Of a stretch of 64,000 nt of DNA, positions 1 to 13,420 are shown one piece after another. Numbering within the stretch: the stretch's first letter is position 1; each line of letters starts with the position of its first letter. The notes beneath the pieces were generated by a model. It saw nothing but the letters and a program-made list of their open reading frames with translations. It did no database searches and was not told where the DNA came from. The stretch lies in NCBI RefSeq assembly GCF_009914755.1, contig NC_060928.1; one strand, given 5' to 3'. The DNA comes from the human T2T-CHM13v2.0 reference genome, Homo sapiens. Both the position numbers and the translations under genes were made by a program.

Positions 1-377
1 GCTTCAGAGATTAGAACCATGTTTCTAATTCTAATCCGTATAAGTTACTTTGCAGTAAACAATCAAAGCTAGAAGTCCCACACATCATGCAATAATTTTC
101 TTCTTTATGGAATAAAGAGTCTGCCAAGAGCAGCTGATATAGCCACTAGTATAACAGATATCTAGCTCAGAGTAGAGGGTTAAATTGGCTGACAATCCAA
201 AGAAATGTTAAACATCAAAGTTTATTCCTCTGTATCTAATTAAATCAAAAATCGAGAAATGTTTTATCAGTTTATTTCTTGAAAGAACTGTATCACAATT
301 AACTGGATGACCAAAGAAATGTAAAGTTCTAAAAGTCAGATCCATTTGTAATTTTTAAGAAAAACAATTAAGCTTAA

Positions 378-539
378 AAGTGGTTCTCAACTCTGAAGGC
401 ACAGAATGATCATCTAGAGAGACCAGGACTCCCCCCGAGATCAATAAAATGAGGCTCTCCAGAGATATGGCTCAGGTATGAGAATTTTTAAGAAGTTCCC
501 TTAGATAGTTTCAATATGTATCCAGTTTGAGAACCACTG
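378..539. mobile_element. MER5A-like hAT-Charlie non-autonomous DNA transposon
   Basis: Terminal inverted repeats AGTGGTTCTCAA ... TTTGAGAACCACTG, ~160 bp apart, with a MER5-like body. Confidence 0.75.
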
Positions 540-548
540 GGCTAAAAG

Positions 549-836
549 ATATCACTGTTTAACATTCTGTATGTAAATAGACTTCCTCAATTGCTACCAA
601 AATTTCTTATTTATAATAAGAAGCACCTTAATGTTGATGCAGTATAAGCTGAGTCTCATGAGAGGAAAAAGTTGGGGTATGAAAGAACACATGAAGAAAA
701 GTCTAAACAAAGGGAGAAATGGAGCAGAGTAAAAGAGACTGTTTAGGGAATGAAAAGGAAAGATACATAAAAGAATTTTTTATGACTGTTTATTTGTCTG
801 CCATAAATGAGATGATTGTTTCTTTGATAAAGAACA
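549..836 (+). repeat. Local duplication, copy A (pairs with 2609-2901)
   Basis: Manual alignment: ~290 bp, about 16 substitutions and 3 small indels. Confidence 0.95.
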
Positions 837-1769
837 CTAGTGATGCTTTATACAAAGTATGTGAGGCTTGAGACCAAGCTTTCTGTTTCAGTAGGGCAAG
901 ACTTTGTGCTTTTCTGTCTTAAGTGTATCTTTTTATTTATTCATTCACTTGCCACAGATATATTTGAGTACCTACAGCATCAACCTCACTCTCCTAATAA
1001 TAATGAAGTTATCCTCCTTCCTCCCTCATTTCACTCTTTCCTGTCTTGTTCCATACATAAAATTCCGGTCTCAAGTTGTTTGGCCACAGACAGATCACAA
1101 GAAAAAGGCAATCTTTTCTATGGTGATGAGAGCTACAGAAAGGCAGCCGCAGAGAGAAGTCAGGTAAAGACAGGGAAAGAGTGACAGGGATGGGTAAGAA
1201 ACCATTAGCTTTGATAACATAGCTGAAAGTCTAATAATATAAGAATATAAGAATAATGACAAACCGTGTCAGTGAAGTTTCTTTAATTCATAGAATAAAA
1301 ATCATCCAGCTAAGAAACCATTTCAGAGTACATAGTAGCAACATAAGCAAAAATAAAATAATTCTTATCGATGACTGATAACCATTAGGATAGTCAATAT
1401 ATTGTATAACAGAAAAGTTAGTTTTTATTTTTTAGGCTTTCTCCTTATATTTATTATGCTAGATTATGGGTTCTGTGGCCCAATAATAATAACAGAACAG
1501 AGGGGGAAATGGCATGTCTACTATATTATAAAGCTAATTAACAATAAAATGATGAATATCTTTTTAAATTAGCACCAGTTTTCTCTATAAGCCAAAGATT
1601 ATTTAACTTTCTTAAAATACGGATAACAGTTACTGTCTTTGAATGGGAACTTATATATATAGCTTTCACGAAGGTCAATATTAACTACTCCTACTCAAAT
1701 TTAACTTTTACAAAACATAATTTATCATCAACCAAAGTTGTATAGAGAATATAAATTGACTACCTTACT

Positions 1770-2110
1770 ATCCTCTTCCTTCTCAGAAACATAAAATAAA
1801 TTGTATTCAAGGTGGCAACTTGTCCAGCTAAAAGACTGAATCCCCAACTTCCCTCCTAACTAGTCATGGCCATGGAGATTCATGGGAAAGTTGTTGAGTA
1901 GTACCCTGGGGAAGGCTCCTTAAGATAATAACACATGATACTGGCTGTTTTGATCCCTTGTCTCATTTCTATTCTCCACACTTACAGGTAGACTGGACCT
2001 CATCAGCCATCTTGGCTATGGCAATGTTAAAGATGAAGCCACTCTAGAATAAAGATCAGGCAGATAATGATATATTGTTTAAACCACTTTTATTTATATT
2101 GTCTCATTTA
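1770..2110 (+). mobile_element. Degenerate MLT1 (MaLR) LTR fragment
   Basis: MLT1-like motifs CCAGCTAAAAGACT..TTCCCTCC..CTAG..TGGCCATG and ATTGTTTAAACCACT. Confidence 0.45.
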
Positions 2111-2356
2111 CAATTCATACATAATACAAATGTTTTAAAGAAATGCAAGTATGCTGAAGACAAGGCTTATTCCTAAAGTTTAGAAAATATGGGTTCTCTG
2201 TCTTCAAGCAATTTAGAAACAATTAGTAGGCAATTTGGAAGGAGAATAAAATAAGTATAATGGGTTATATACAGGCTCACTCATTGTGAGAATGCTTTTA
2301 TCTGAGACACCAAGGACAATGTATGCATTTGCACCTTTCCAAGGGCCCATTTCCTA

Positions 2357-2680
2357 AATTTTTATTATGAGAAATTTCAAATTATACAGAACTATAAAGA
2401 GAATACATGCATTCATCTTCTAGATTTAATAATTTATAGTACATTGAAGTAAATGCTTCACATATTTTTTCCTTCTATAGCACCTAAGGTCAGTTAAAAT
2501 TTGCGACTTCTCCCTCATTGTACTTCAATATCCATCCATAAGAACAAAGATGCCTTCTTACATAACCACAATAATATCACTACATCTAGCAATTTAAATA
2601 CTGATCTCATATCACTGTTTATCACTCTATATGTAAATTAACATCCTCGATTGCTACCAAAATTTCTTATTTATAATAAG
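2357..2680 (-). mobile_element. Old L1M (L1MC/ME-type) 3' end fragment
   Basis: TTTTTATTATGAGAAATTTCAAATTATACAGAA and AAGAACAAAGATGCCTTCTTACATAACCACAAT motifs. Confidence 0.55.
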
Positions 2681-2901
2681 AAGCACACTTAATGTTGATG
2701 GAGTATATGCTGAGTCTCATGAGAGGAAAAAGTTGGGGTATGAAAGAATACAAGAAGAAAAGTCTAAACAAAGGGAGAAAGGGAGCAGAGTAAAAGAGAG
2801 TGTTTAGGGAATGGAAAGGAAGGATACATAAAAGAATTTTTTATGACTTTGTTTATTTGTCTGCCTTATAAATGAGATGATTGTTTCTTTGAAAAAGAAC
2901 A
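2609..2901 (+). repeat. Local duplication, copy B (pairs with 549-836)
   Basis: Manual alignment, ~93% identity, offset ~2.06 kb. Confidence 0.95.
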
Positions 2902-5089
2902 GAACTAAAGTCTATTCAGCTTTACCTCATTTCATCACAGACTACTATAATACTTCAGTGTCAGTAAATGCTTATTTAATTGAGGTGTTTGTAAAGTAAG
3001 ATTAGACTTAAGCAAAACTTTTAAAAGTTGAATTGGACTTTAAAAATCATGAGTTAACATAAATGAGTATAAATATTTTAAAATAATTAATTTATAAACA
3101 TTTGTAGGAAAAATGCTACTCTAATTTCATAAACAGTAAAGCTCATTTTATCCGCTTTCCTAAAAATATGTAAAGAAACAATTATTTTTTGTTTAATTGT
3201 CTTCATAATTTAGAAACCAGGATTTCCAAACTACCAAAAATTAACTTTACATTTTTCTAACTACATAATACACCATGACATCATGTATTGATTTTTTTTA
3301 TTAGAAATTGTGTAACCCTTAGAAATCAGGAAACATTTAATTTGATTAAAATAACTAGTGACTGTGCCATAAGGACTTGTGGATCTCCACCAATTTCTCT
3401 AACCTGAGTCATGGGAAGCAAAATAGGATGTCACTCAGGAGCATTTTGCTTAGGTATAATTATTTTGCATTCAAGAATACATGGCATATCTAAATTTAGA
3501 AAGATGAAAAATAGAATATATATTTAATCTTATGATCATTTTGCTCTCATAAGTATACGGACAGAAGAAATATAGTTTCTTACTTTCCCCGTTCAGCCTC
3601 CCATCTCTGAGAATAGCTACAAGAAGTTTTCTCTTCGTAGTCTATGCATCCTACAGAGTCCAAATTCAGAGACTGTGCTGATGCTAACTATCCTTATTCT
3701 TTTAATACATACATTATTGATTTTTAAGTTTTAAGACTAAGACAATTAGCAAAATACATTTTCCCTAAGGCATAAATCACAGTAGCCAAAATAAATAAAA
3801 AATGAAAGAGTGAAAAGATAGTTAGATTAAAACTCAAAGTTATGCTTGTCACATAGAGATATGCAGAGACAGCAATTGCCTCCTAGAAATAGAGGCTAAA
3901 GCACTCTACACTGTTGGCCCAATCTCCTTTTTTGGCTATTTCTGAGTATAGTTATGCAAGCCTAGTTAGCCCTAAAATAGCCACGTGAAAACTCATGCTG
4001 TCAGGTATTCTCTATGCAACTAAGTCATTCTTTTTCATTGTGTCTACACTGCTAAACTGAGTGTGTCCTAGAAGATCATATTAAGTAAACTGTCCCGATA
4101 GAATTTATTCATTGATTAACTCAGGCATTAAGTCATGAAAAAATATTTTAGCCTATAACATATGCCAAACACCATGTAATATACTATGGACACAAAAAAT
4201 AGCCCATACACTTTGCCCTATATAATGGCTGAATGTTATCATTCACACGTATCATTGATAATGATGGTGAAAATATCAAATGTAGCATCTCCAGGAACAC
4301 AAATTCTGTCACCCAAATGTGAGTATTGAAAGGCATGGGTCTGGGATCAGCAAGACACAGCAAAGCACAGGAAAAGGATATACAGTATAATTAAAATGAA
4401 ATTTATAAACCAATTTTCCAGAAAAAATAATGGAATATATGCATATAAATAAAAACCTTTCTTTATAATTAGGATAGTTCCAAAACCCCTGAACCTTTCA
4501 CATATATATTTTTGGTTTGGATAGATTCTCTGTGAAGAATGTCTAGAAGACATAATTTTGGACAGGATGAATAGGAGAACTCTAATCCTCAACATTGGAA
4601 CAGAAATCTGGAAATAATTAGGCATATCAAATTTTACAAAACCCTCATCCTGAGGGACAAAACCAATATGTAAATCAGAATTAAGTGGAAAATTAGGGCA
4701 AATGTGATCATTATATAAGTATTTATTTAATGTCCACTATGTTCCAGACTTTTGAGTACATACTGAAGATCTAATTAGAAGACAGAAATCCACCCGATTG
4801 AAAAACTCAGTTTGATATGGTCTATTTGGAAGGATCAAGACAAGTTCAAATCAATAAGAGGGAAGAGGCAGGAACCAAAATCATGTGTGTACATAGAGCA
4901 AGTCAGACCAATGGGCCAAGGTCCAATGTCCAAGAAGATATTCAGAATACTCACCCAGAATAATTGCACTCCTACCCAAGTAGGTGGTCCTTCCACATTA
5001 TCACTGACAGACAGTTGCCTTCTCTCTGCTTGAACACTTCCAGTTCAGAGACTTAGTATATTCTGTATATATATAATATGCATGTAAAA

Positions 5090-6040
5090 ATGCTATTGCT
5101 TTTCTGTATTTTCTCTTAGAAATAGCTCTCATTGAATTCTTCTGTTGTTTCCACAAACTTTTCTATTGACTTTCTCATGTTTTCCAGGTATAATACTATA
5201 TCACTGGCATATAATAAGAAGTTAGATTATTTTCTTCCAATGTTTATACCAATTATGTCTTTCGCTTAATTAACTGCATTGTCAAGAACTGTCAGAAAGT
5301 ACTTTAAAATAGTGCCAATATTGGGCATTGTTGACTGTAATGGTAATAACCTAGCAATTCACATTTAAGCATGATTATGGCTTTGGCTCTATGTGTGTAT
5401 ATTCATACATATTTCTGAAACAGCTTTTATCAGAAATGAATATTAATTTTTATCAATTGCCTTTTAAGTAACTATAAAAACTTTTAGTGTTATTTTACTT
5501 TTGATCAATTTTGTTTATAAATTAAAATAGTAGATTTATAAAAAAACCTATATTTTGTTAATGGATACAATCTTACATGATAAGTTTTTCTTTTAATGTG
5601 TTGCATATTTCTATTTATTAATATTTTTAAGCATTTTTACATTAAGCTTCAAAAGTGAGGCTAATGTGTCATAGTTTTCACTTACATGTTGTTTTGAAAG
5701 TTCATACAATCTTATACTTTCTTTGCAAAAATAATCTGTAATGCACCGCCCCCCACCTTTTCAACTCTGAAACAGTTAAAGTAGCAAGGGGGTTTGGAAT
5801 TTTTTAAAGATTTGAAAGAATTGACATGGGGACAGAGAGCTTGATACATTTTATGCTCTCACTTTTTTCCAGGATGTTTGATCATTGCTTTTCCAGCGTT
5901 TCTGGAGTCCATTCAGGCAATTTACATTTCATATAAAATATTTTATTTTCTCCAGTATTTTACAAGGTTCACCTATATATTATCTTACTTTTTTTCATAT
6001 ATAATTTGATGTCACTTTTCCCCTTTATTCTTTCTTTCTT
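5090..6040 (-). mobile_element. Highly decayed L1M ORF2 region; appears to resume at ~10600-11150
   Basis: T-rich antisense L1-like tracts; ATTTAAGCTATAAATATCCCT..TGCTTTAG follows the younger L1. Confidence 0.5.
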
Positions 6041-6567
6041 GATAGGCTTGATAGGCTTGATAGTTATGTGTTTAATCAACCTTGAGTTAATTTTTGTATA
6101 AGCTGTAAGGAAAGGATCTAGTTTCAATTTTCTGCATATGGCTAGCCAGTTCCCCCAGCAACACTTATTGAATAGGAAATCCTTTCCCCATTGCGTCGTT
6201 TTGTCAGGTTTGTCGAATATCAGATGGTTTTATATGTGTGGTTTTATTTCTGAGTTCTCTATTCTGTTCCACTGGTCTATGTGCCTGTTTTTTACCTGTA
6301 CCATGCTGTCTTGGTTGCTGTGGCCATGTAGTATAGTTTGAAGTCGGGTAGCATGTTTACTCCAGCTTTTTTCTTTTTGCTTAGGATTGTCCTGGCTATG
6401 CAAGCTCTTTTTTAGTACCATGTGAATTTTTAAATAGTTTTTCCTAATTCTTTGAAGGATGTCAATGGTGGTTTAATGGGAATACCATTAAATCTAGAAA
6501 TTGCTTTGGGCAGTATGGCCATTTCCTTGATACTGATTCTTCCTATCCATGAGCGTGGAATGTTTTT

Positions 6568-7257
6568 TCATCTGCTTATGTCCTCTCTGATTTCCTTTAG
6601 AAGTTGTTTAGAGTTCTCCTTGAAGAGGTCCTCCACTTCTCTAGTTAGCTGTATTCCTAGGTATTTTATTCTCTTTGTGGAAAATGTGAATGGGAGTTCA
6701 TTCATGATTTGGGTTTCTGCTTGTCTGCTGTTGGTGTATAGGAATGCTTGGGATTTCTGCACATTGATTTTGTATCTTGAGACTTTGCTAAAGTTGTTTA
6801 TCAGCTTAAGAAACTTTTGGGCTGAGATGACAGAGTTTTCTAGATGTAGGATTATGTCATCTGCAAATAAAGACCATTTGACTTCTTCTCTTCTTATTTG
6901 AATAAACTTTATTTCTTTGTCTTGCCTGATTGCCCTGGCCAGAATTTCCAACACTAGGTTGAATAAGAGTGGTGAGAGACAGCATCCTTGTCTTGTGCCA
7001 GTTTTCAAGAGGAATGCCTCCATCTTTTGCCCAGTTGGTATGATACTGGCTGTGGGTTTATCATAAATGGCCCTTATTATGTTGAGGTATGTTCCTTCAA
7101 TACATAGTTTATTGAGAGTTTTTAACATGAAGGAATGTTGAATCTTATCAAAGGTGTTTTCTGCATCTATTGAGATTATCATGTGGTTTTTGTCTTCAGT
7201 TCTGTTTATGTGATGGATTACGCTTATTAATTTTTGTACGTTGAACCAGCCTTGCAT
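6568..7257 (-). pseudogene. L1 ORF2p reverse transcriptase domain fragment (non-functional)
   Basis: [27 protein letters not shown] and LFADD RT motifs; flanked by stops and frameshifts. Confidence 0.95.
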
Positions 7258-7919
7258 CCCGGAGATGAAGCTGACTTGATCGTGGTGGATGAGCTTTTTG
7301 ATGTGCTGCTAAATTCAGTTTGCCGGTACTTTACTGAGGATTTTTGCGTCGATGGTAATCAGGGATGTTGGCTTGAAGTTTTCTTTTTTTGTTGTATCTC
7401 TGCTGGGTTTTGGTATCAGGATGATGCAGGCCTCATAAAACGAGTTAGGGAGGAGTCTCTCCTTTTCAATTGTTTGCAATAGTTTCAGGAGAAATGGTAC
7501 CAGCTTCTCTTTGAACCTCTGGTAGCATTTGGCTGTCACTCCATCTGGACCTGGGATATTTTTTTTTGGTTGGTAGGCTATTTATTACTGCCTCAATTTC
7601 AGAACTTGTTATTGGTCTCTTCAGGGATTCAACTTCTTCCTAGTTCAGTCTTGGGCTGGTGTATGTGTCCAGGAATTTATCTATTTCTTCTAGATTTTCC
7701 AGTTTATTGACATAGAGGTGTTTATAATATTCTCTGGTGGTATTTTCTGTCTTGAAGATCTGTCTAATACAGACAGTGTTAGACAGTGGGAGTATTAAAG
7801 TCTCCCACTATTATTGTTTGGAGGCCTAAATGTCTTTGTAGGTCTCTAAAAACTTGTTTTATGAATCTGCGTGCTACTGTATTGGGTGCATATATATTTA
7901 GGATAGTTAGCTCTTCTTA

Positions 7920-8237
7920 TTAAACTGAACCATTCAACATTATGTAATGCCCTTCTCTGTCTTTTTTGACTTTTGCTAATTTAAAGTCTATTTTGTCAGA
8001 AACTAAGATTGAAACCTCTGCTTTTTTCTGCTTTCCAATTGCTTGGTAAATTTTCCTCCTTCTTTTTATTTTGAGTCTATGTGCGTCTTTGCACATGAGA
8101 TGTGTCTCTTGAGTACAGCACACAAATGGTTCCTGTCTTTGTATGCAGCTTGCCATTCTGTGTCTTTTAATTGTGGCATTTAGCCCATTTACATTTAAGG
8201 TTAATATTGTTGTGTGTGAATTTGATTCTGTCATCAT
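7920..8237 (-). pseudogene. L1 ORF2p N-terminal APE-like endonuclease fragment
   Basis: MTESNSHTTILTLNVNGLN and CCTQETHL motifs; premature stop. Confidence 0.93.
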
Positions 8238-8289
8238 GATGCTGGCTGGTAAATTTTGCAGACTTGTTAATGTAATCGCTTCATAGTGT

Positions 8290-9322
8290 CATTGGTCTGT
8301 GTACTTCATTGTGTTTCTGCAGTGGCTGGTAACAGGTTTTCCTATCCATGTTTAGTGCTTCCTTCAGGAGCTCTTGCAAGGCAGGCCTGGTGGTCACAAA
8401 ATTCCTCAGCATTTGCTTCTCTGAAAAAGATTTTATTTCTCCTTTGCTTATGAAGCTTAGTTTGGCTGGATATGAAATTCTGGGTTGGAATTTCTTTTTC
8501 TTTAAGAATGTTGAATATTGGCCCCCAATCTCCTAGATTGCAGGGTTTCCACAGAGATGTCTGCCATTAGTCTGATGGACTTCCTTTTGTAGGTGACCTG
8601 GCCTTTCTCTCTTGCTACCCTTAACATTTTTTCCCTCATTTCGACCTTAGAGAATAAGATGTTTATGTGTCTTGGGGTAGATCTTTTTATGAAGTGTCTT
8701 ATTGGGATTCTCTGGATTTCTTGAATTTGAATATTGGCTTGTCTTGCTAAGTTGAAGAAGTTATCCTGGATGATATCCTGAAGTGTGTTTTCCAACTTGG
8801 TTCCTTTCTCCCATCTCTTTCAGCTACTCCAATCAGTCATAGGTTCAGTCTTTTTACATAGTTCCATAATTCTTAGAGGTTTTGTTTCTTTTCATTCTTT
8901 TTTCTCTAATCTTGTCTGTCTGTTTTATTTCAGCAAGATAGTCTTCAAGCTCTGATATTCTCTCTTCTGCTTGGTCGATTAGGCTATTGATACTTGTGTT
9001 TGCATAACAAAGTTCTCATGCTCTGTTTTTCAGCTCCCTCAGGTCATTTATGTTCCTCTCTAGACTGGTTATTCTAGTTAACAGCACCTGTAATCTTTTA
9101 TCCTGCTTCTTGGCTTCTCCGCATTGAGTTAGAACATAATCCTTTAGCTCAGCGAAATTCATTTTTCTAAAATTCACTTTCTAAAACCTACTTCTGTCAG
9201 TTCATCCATCTCAGCTTTAGCCCCATTCTGTTCCCTTGCTGGAGATGTGTTGCAACCATTTGGAAGAGAAGAGGCATTCTGGTTTTTGGTATTTTCAGCG
9301 TTTTTGCATTCGTTTTTCCTCC
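8290..9322 (-). pseudogene. Disrupted L1 ORF1p
   Basis: ENTLQDIIQDNFFNLARQANIQIQEIQR..STPRH..AREKGQVTYK in ORF 8502-8795; the expected start ATG appears mutated to AGG near 9320. Confidence 0.88.
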
Positions 9323-10299
9323 TCTTTGTGAGTTTATCTACCTTTGAGGCTGGTGACTTTGGATGGGGTTTTTGTGGGGTCTTTTTTGTTGATGCTGCTG
9401 TTGTTGTTGTTGCTTCCTGTTTGTTTTTCCTCTATCAGTCCGGCCCCTCTTCTGCAGGTCTGCTGCAGTTTGCTGGGGGTCCACTGCAGCCCCTGTTCAC
9501 CTGGGTATCACCAGTAGAGGTTGCAGAACAGCAAAGATTGCTGTCTGATCCTTCCGCCGGAAGCTTCATCCCAGAAGGGCACCAACTTGATGCCAGACGG
9601 AACTGTCCTGTATGAGGTGTCTGCCGACCCATGTTGGGAGGTCTCACCCAGACAGGTGGCACAGGGTCAGGGACCCTCTTGAGGAGGCAGTCTGTCCCTT
9701 AGCAGAGCTGGTGTGCTATTCTGGGGGAAATCCCTTTTGTCAGGATCAGCTGATCTTTTCAGAGCTGACAGGCGGGAAAAATTAAGTCTGCTGAACCTGG
9801 GACCACGGTGCTCTGTCCCAGGGAAATGAGAGTTCTGTCTGTTAGCCCCTGACTGGAGCCAGTGGACTTCCTGCAGGGTCGCCCTGCCCCGTGAGGAGGG
9901 ATCTAGAGAAGCAGTCTGGCCACAGCTGCTTTGCTGCACCATGGGGATTTCCACCCAGTCCAAATCTCCCAGTCTTCTTAGCATTGTCAAGGGAAAACCA
10001 CCTACTAAACCCACAGAAATGGAGGTCTCCACGGCCCTCCTACCGCCAGTGGAACTCGGCCGTCCCAGGCGGACTCCAGACTGCTGTTCTAGCAATGGGG
10101 ATTTCAAGCCAGAGGTTCTTAGCTTGCTGGGCTCCGTGGGAGTGGAACCCGCTGAGCCAGACCACTTGGCTCCCTGGTTTCAGCCCCCTTTCCATAGGAG
10201 TGCATGGTTCTCCTGTCTCACTGGAGTTTCGGGCACTGCTGGATTATGTAAAAACTCCTGCATCTCAGTGTCTGCCTGAAAAGCCACCCAGTTTTGTGC

Positions 10300-10595
10300 T
10301 TAAGACCCAGGGCCCTGGTGGCATAGGCCACCAACTGCAGAAATCCACGGGAAAAGCGTAGCACCCCTGGCAGGTTGCACAATCCCTCACTGTTTCCCTT
10401 GCCTGGGGAAGGGAAGTCTTCCTGCTCCAAGCACTTCCCGGGTGAAGTGATGCCTCACCTTGCTTCTGTTCACTCTCCGTGGGTCGTAGCCACCACCTAG
10501 CCAGTCCCATGAGAATGTTAGTTGGAAATGCAGAAATCACCCGCCTTCTTCATTGGTCTCACTGGGAGCCGCTTCTATTTGGCCATCTTGGCCCC
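10300..10595 (-). promoter_or_regulatory. L1 internal promoter remnant with YY1 site
   Basis: CAAGATGGCC on the minus strand at 10581-10590; many CpGs decayed, activity unknown. Confidence 0.5.
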
Positions 10596-11336
10596 TTGGT
10601 TGATTATTTTTCTAACCATTTCAGATAAGTAGATAATTCAATTAGCTTAATTATTTTCCATTCAGTAATGTAAATATTTAAGCTATAAATATCCCTATGA
10701 GTGTTGCTTTAGTTAGCTTCCAAAGGTTTAGCTTTGAAGGGTTTAATCATTATTACTTATAAAATATATGGCAATTTAGGATTGATTGTATTCTTTGAAA
10801 AAAAGGGTCATTAAGGGCAGTTTGTGTTTTTAATAATCAGATTTCTGAGGCTCTAGTTTTTCATATTTCAAGTAATTTTTAGTTTCAATCTCGAAGTTTC
10901 TATTCTGTTGAAGTTTTTAAAATTTCTATTCACTCTAACAAAGAAAATGCTCTTTATTTCAGGATATGATTTTAATTTATGTCTATTGGATTTATTCATT
11001 AATTATGTTACCTATATTCTCTATAGTCTTTAATGTCTTCTCTAACTCTTATGTTTCAGTCTCTTTCTCCTTAAAAAGTTTTTATTAATTATTGATGCAA
11101 CATTATACGATGTATGAATTATCATGAAAATTAGAGCCTTGGCACTTATTACACTTTCTTTTAACCCCTCCATCTTCTTCTATTTTTATTTTTATTTTTA
11201 GCTAGTGCTAACCAGCCCCAATTTCTTCAACTCTTCCTTATATGAAGATTTCCAGTCCCATTATCCTGAATATTTTCTTCTAATATCATTTTGTCTGGCA
11301 ATGTCCTCCTGAAATGTGGTATTAAAAATGAAGCAT

Positions 11337-11652
<316 letters not shown>

Positions 11653-12495
11653 TTATCTGACCAACATGGATCACCGTGGAATGGAAATATTGCCTCTCTC
11701 AATTTTGTCACCATGCTTCTACTAATTCTGGCTAAGATGGCATATAAGCAGCCAAATTCCCAGGTCACATTGAATATGAATTCATTAAATCTCATTACAT
11801 TATATTGCTGATCCTATTGATATTCATGTCTACATTTCTTTACATATACTAGGTACTCTAAAAATATTTGTTGAATACAAGAATATAGAAACAAATACAT
11901 GATGTACAGATTACAAAATTTATACAATTAAGGTCTTCTATAAAGGGCAATATTTATTAACTTTGTGTTTGTAGATAAAAGTTACATTCCTAATTTACTT
12001 CAATTAAGTCAATAAATGTCATTCTTGAAAGTTATGGGTTCGTAATTGCAGTCACTTACTGTAATTATGCAACACTTGCTTTGAGAAAAGACAAGCAATT
12101 TTGAACTGTGTGGCAAATGATACCTAATGTAATGTTAGCAATTTATAACTGGGTAACTCTTTAACAGTCCAAGAGCTATAATAAATACTTCCAGTGATGC
12201 TTTACCAGTATGGAAATAATTGTCTAATTAGTAATGCACCACTACAGAATGACAAGAGCTTTATTAAAAAGCAGTATATACCCGACAATTTGGAGGATAA
12301 ATTCTGGAGTTTACAGGAAAGGAAAAGTCACATTCTTAATGCATAACTCCTACTAAAAACTACATCAAAATCATTTTGAAAAATATTTTTTAAAGTTTCC
12401 AATATGTGGTACTAAAAACATTGTTTCTAAATGTTGATCAAAATATATAGATTTCATTTTTAATGTAATTGTAAAGATTATAAAAATATAAATAT

Positions 12496-12777
12496 AGCTG
12501 GGCGCGGCAGCTCACACCTGTACTCCCAGCCCTTGGGGAGGCCGAGGAGGGCAGTTCACCTGAGGTCAGGTGTTCGAGACCAGCCTGACTAACATGGCAA
12601 AACCTCATCTCTACTAAAATATAAAAATTAGCCAGGTGTGATGGCGGGCGCCTGTAATCCCAGCTACTCAGGAGGCTGAGGCAGGGAGAACTGCTTGAAC
12701 TTGGGAGGTGAAGGTTGCAGTGAGCTGAGATCGTGCCACTGCACTCCATCCTAGAGGACAGAGGGAGACTCTGTCTC

Positions 12778-12808
<31 letters not shown>
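12496..12808 (+). mobile_element. AluS with (TAAA)n tail, followed by (TA)n(CA)n to ~12829
   Basis: CACCTGAGGTCAGG S-type motif; full dimer. Confidence 0.95.
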
Positions 12809-13169
12809 ATATATACACACACACACACATATGATCTCATTTTACTTTTTTGAAGCACATATTGTTAAGGATAAAGTGATTATCATAATGCATTGTTTGA
12901 ATTATGAAAATGTAATCTCAATCTTAGGTGCTACTACTTACAGGAGGAACCCAGGGATGGAAAGGGCTACAATTTATTTTGGAGGTGCCACTATGATTTA
13001 TTAACATCAAGCATTCATCATTTTCTGAGATTTTAATATGTGCTGCTTTAACTATCTATCTTCTCAGAAAATGAAGCAGATCAGGGGTTACGTTTTCATC
13101 ACTATTCTATCCCATCTATGCAGAAGAACCCCTGACACTTAGAAAGAATTAAAAAATACTGTGGCATGC

Positions 13170-13420
13170 ATACATGAATCCGTAGTCACATCAGCTGACT
13201 GTTTTTATCCCTGATAACATAGTTAATCCTTGTCCAGAGAGACTTTGGGGAATGATTTTGGCTAGGATGGTTGGCAAGGTTCTCTCTGAGAAGGTGATCT
13301 TTGAGTAGATACGAATGATGACAAAGAACTAGCTCTATGAAGATGGGGATCAACAGAATTCCAAGCAGAGAGAAAATTGAATAAAAAATCACTGACTTTG
13401 GAATCAATTCAGTGTGCATT
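13170..13420 (+). mobile_element. L2 fragment
   Basis: GGCAAGGTTCTCTCTGAGAAGGTGATCTTTGAG..AGAATTCCAAGCAGAG L2-like motifs. Confidence 0.5.

Larger units (their letters stand above)
6064..10595 (-). mobile_element. L1PA (about L1PA7-8A type): 5' end intact, 3' end missing, internal ORF2 deletion
   Basis: 5' terminus GGGGCCAAGATGGCC at 10595, ~1.27-kb 5'UTR, ORF1 and ORF2 remnants in the ORF track, no 3'UTR or polyA. Confidence 0.95.

Noticed and set aside
840-1184. 114-aa ORF in non-repeat DNA
   Set aside because: GTG-called start, no recognisable domain and no convincing exon boundaries.
6138-10540. Dense overlapping ORFs as genes or an active L1
   Set aside because: All lie within a decayed L1 with stops, frameshifts, an internal deletion and no 3' end; the + strand ORFs are antisense or 5'UTR frames.
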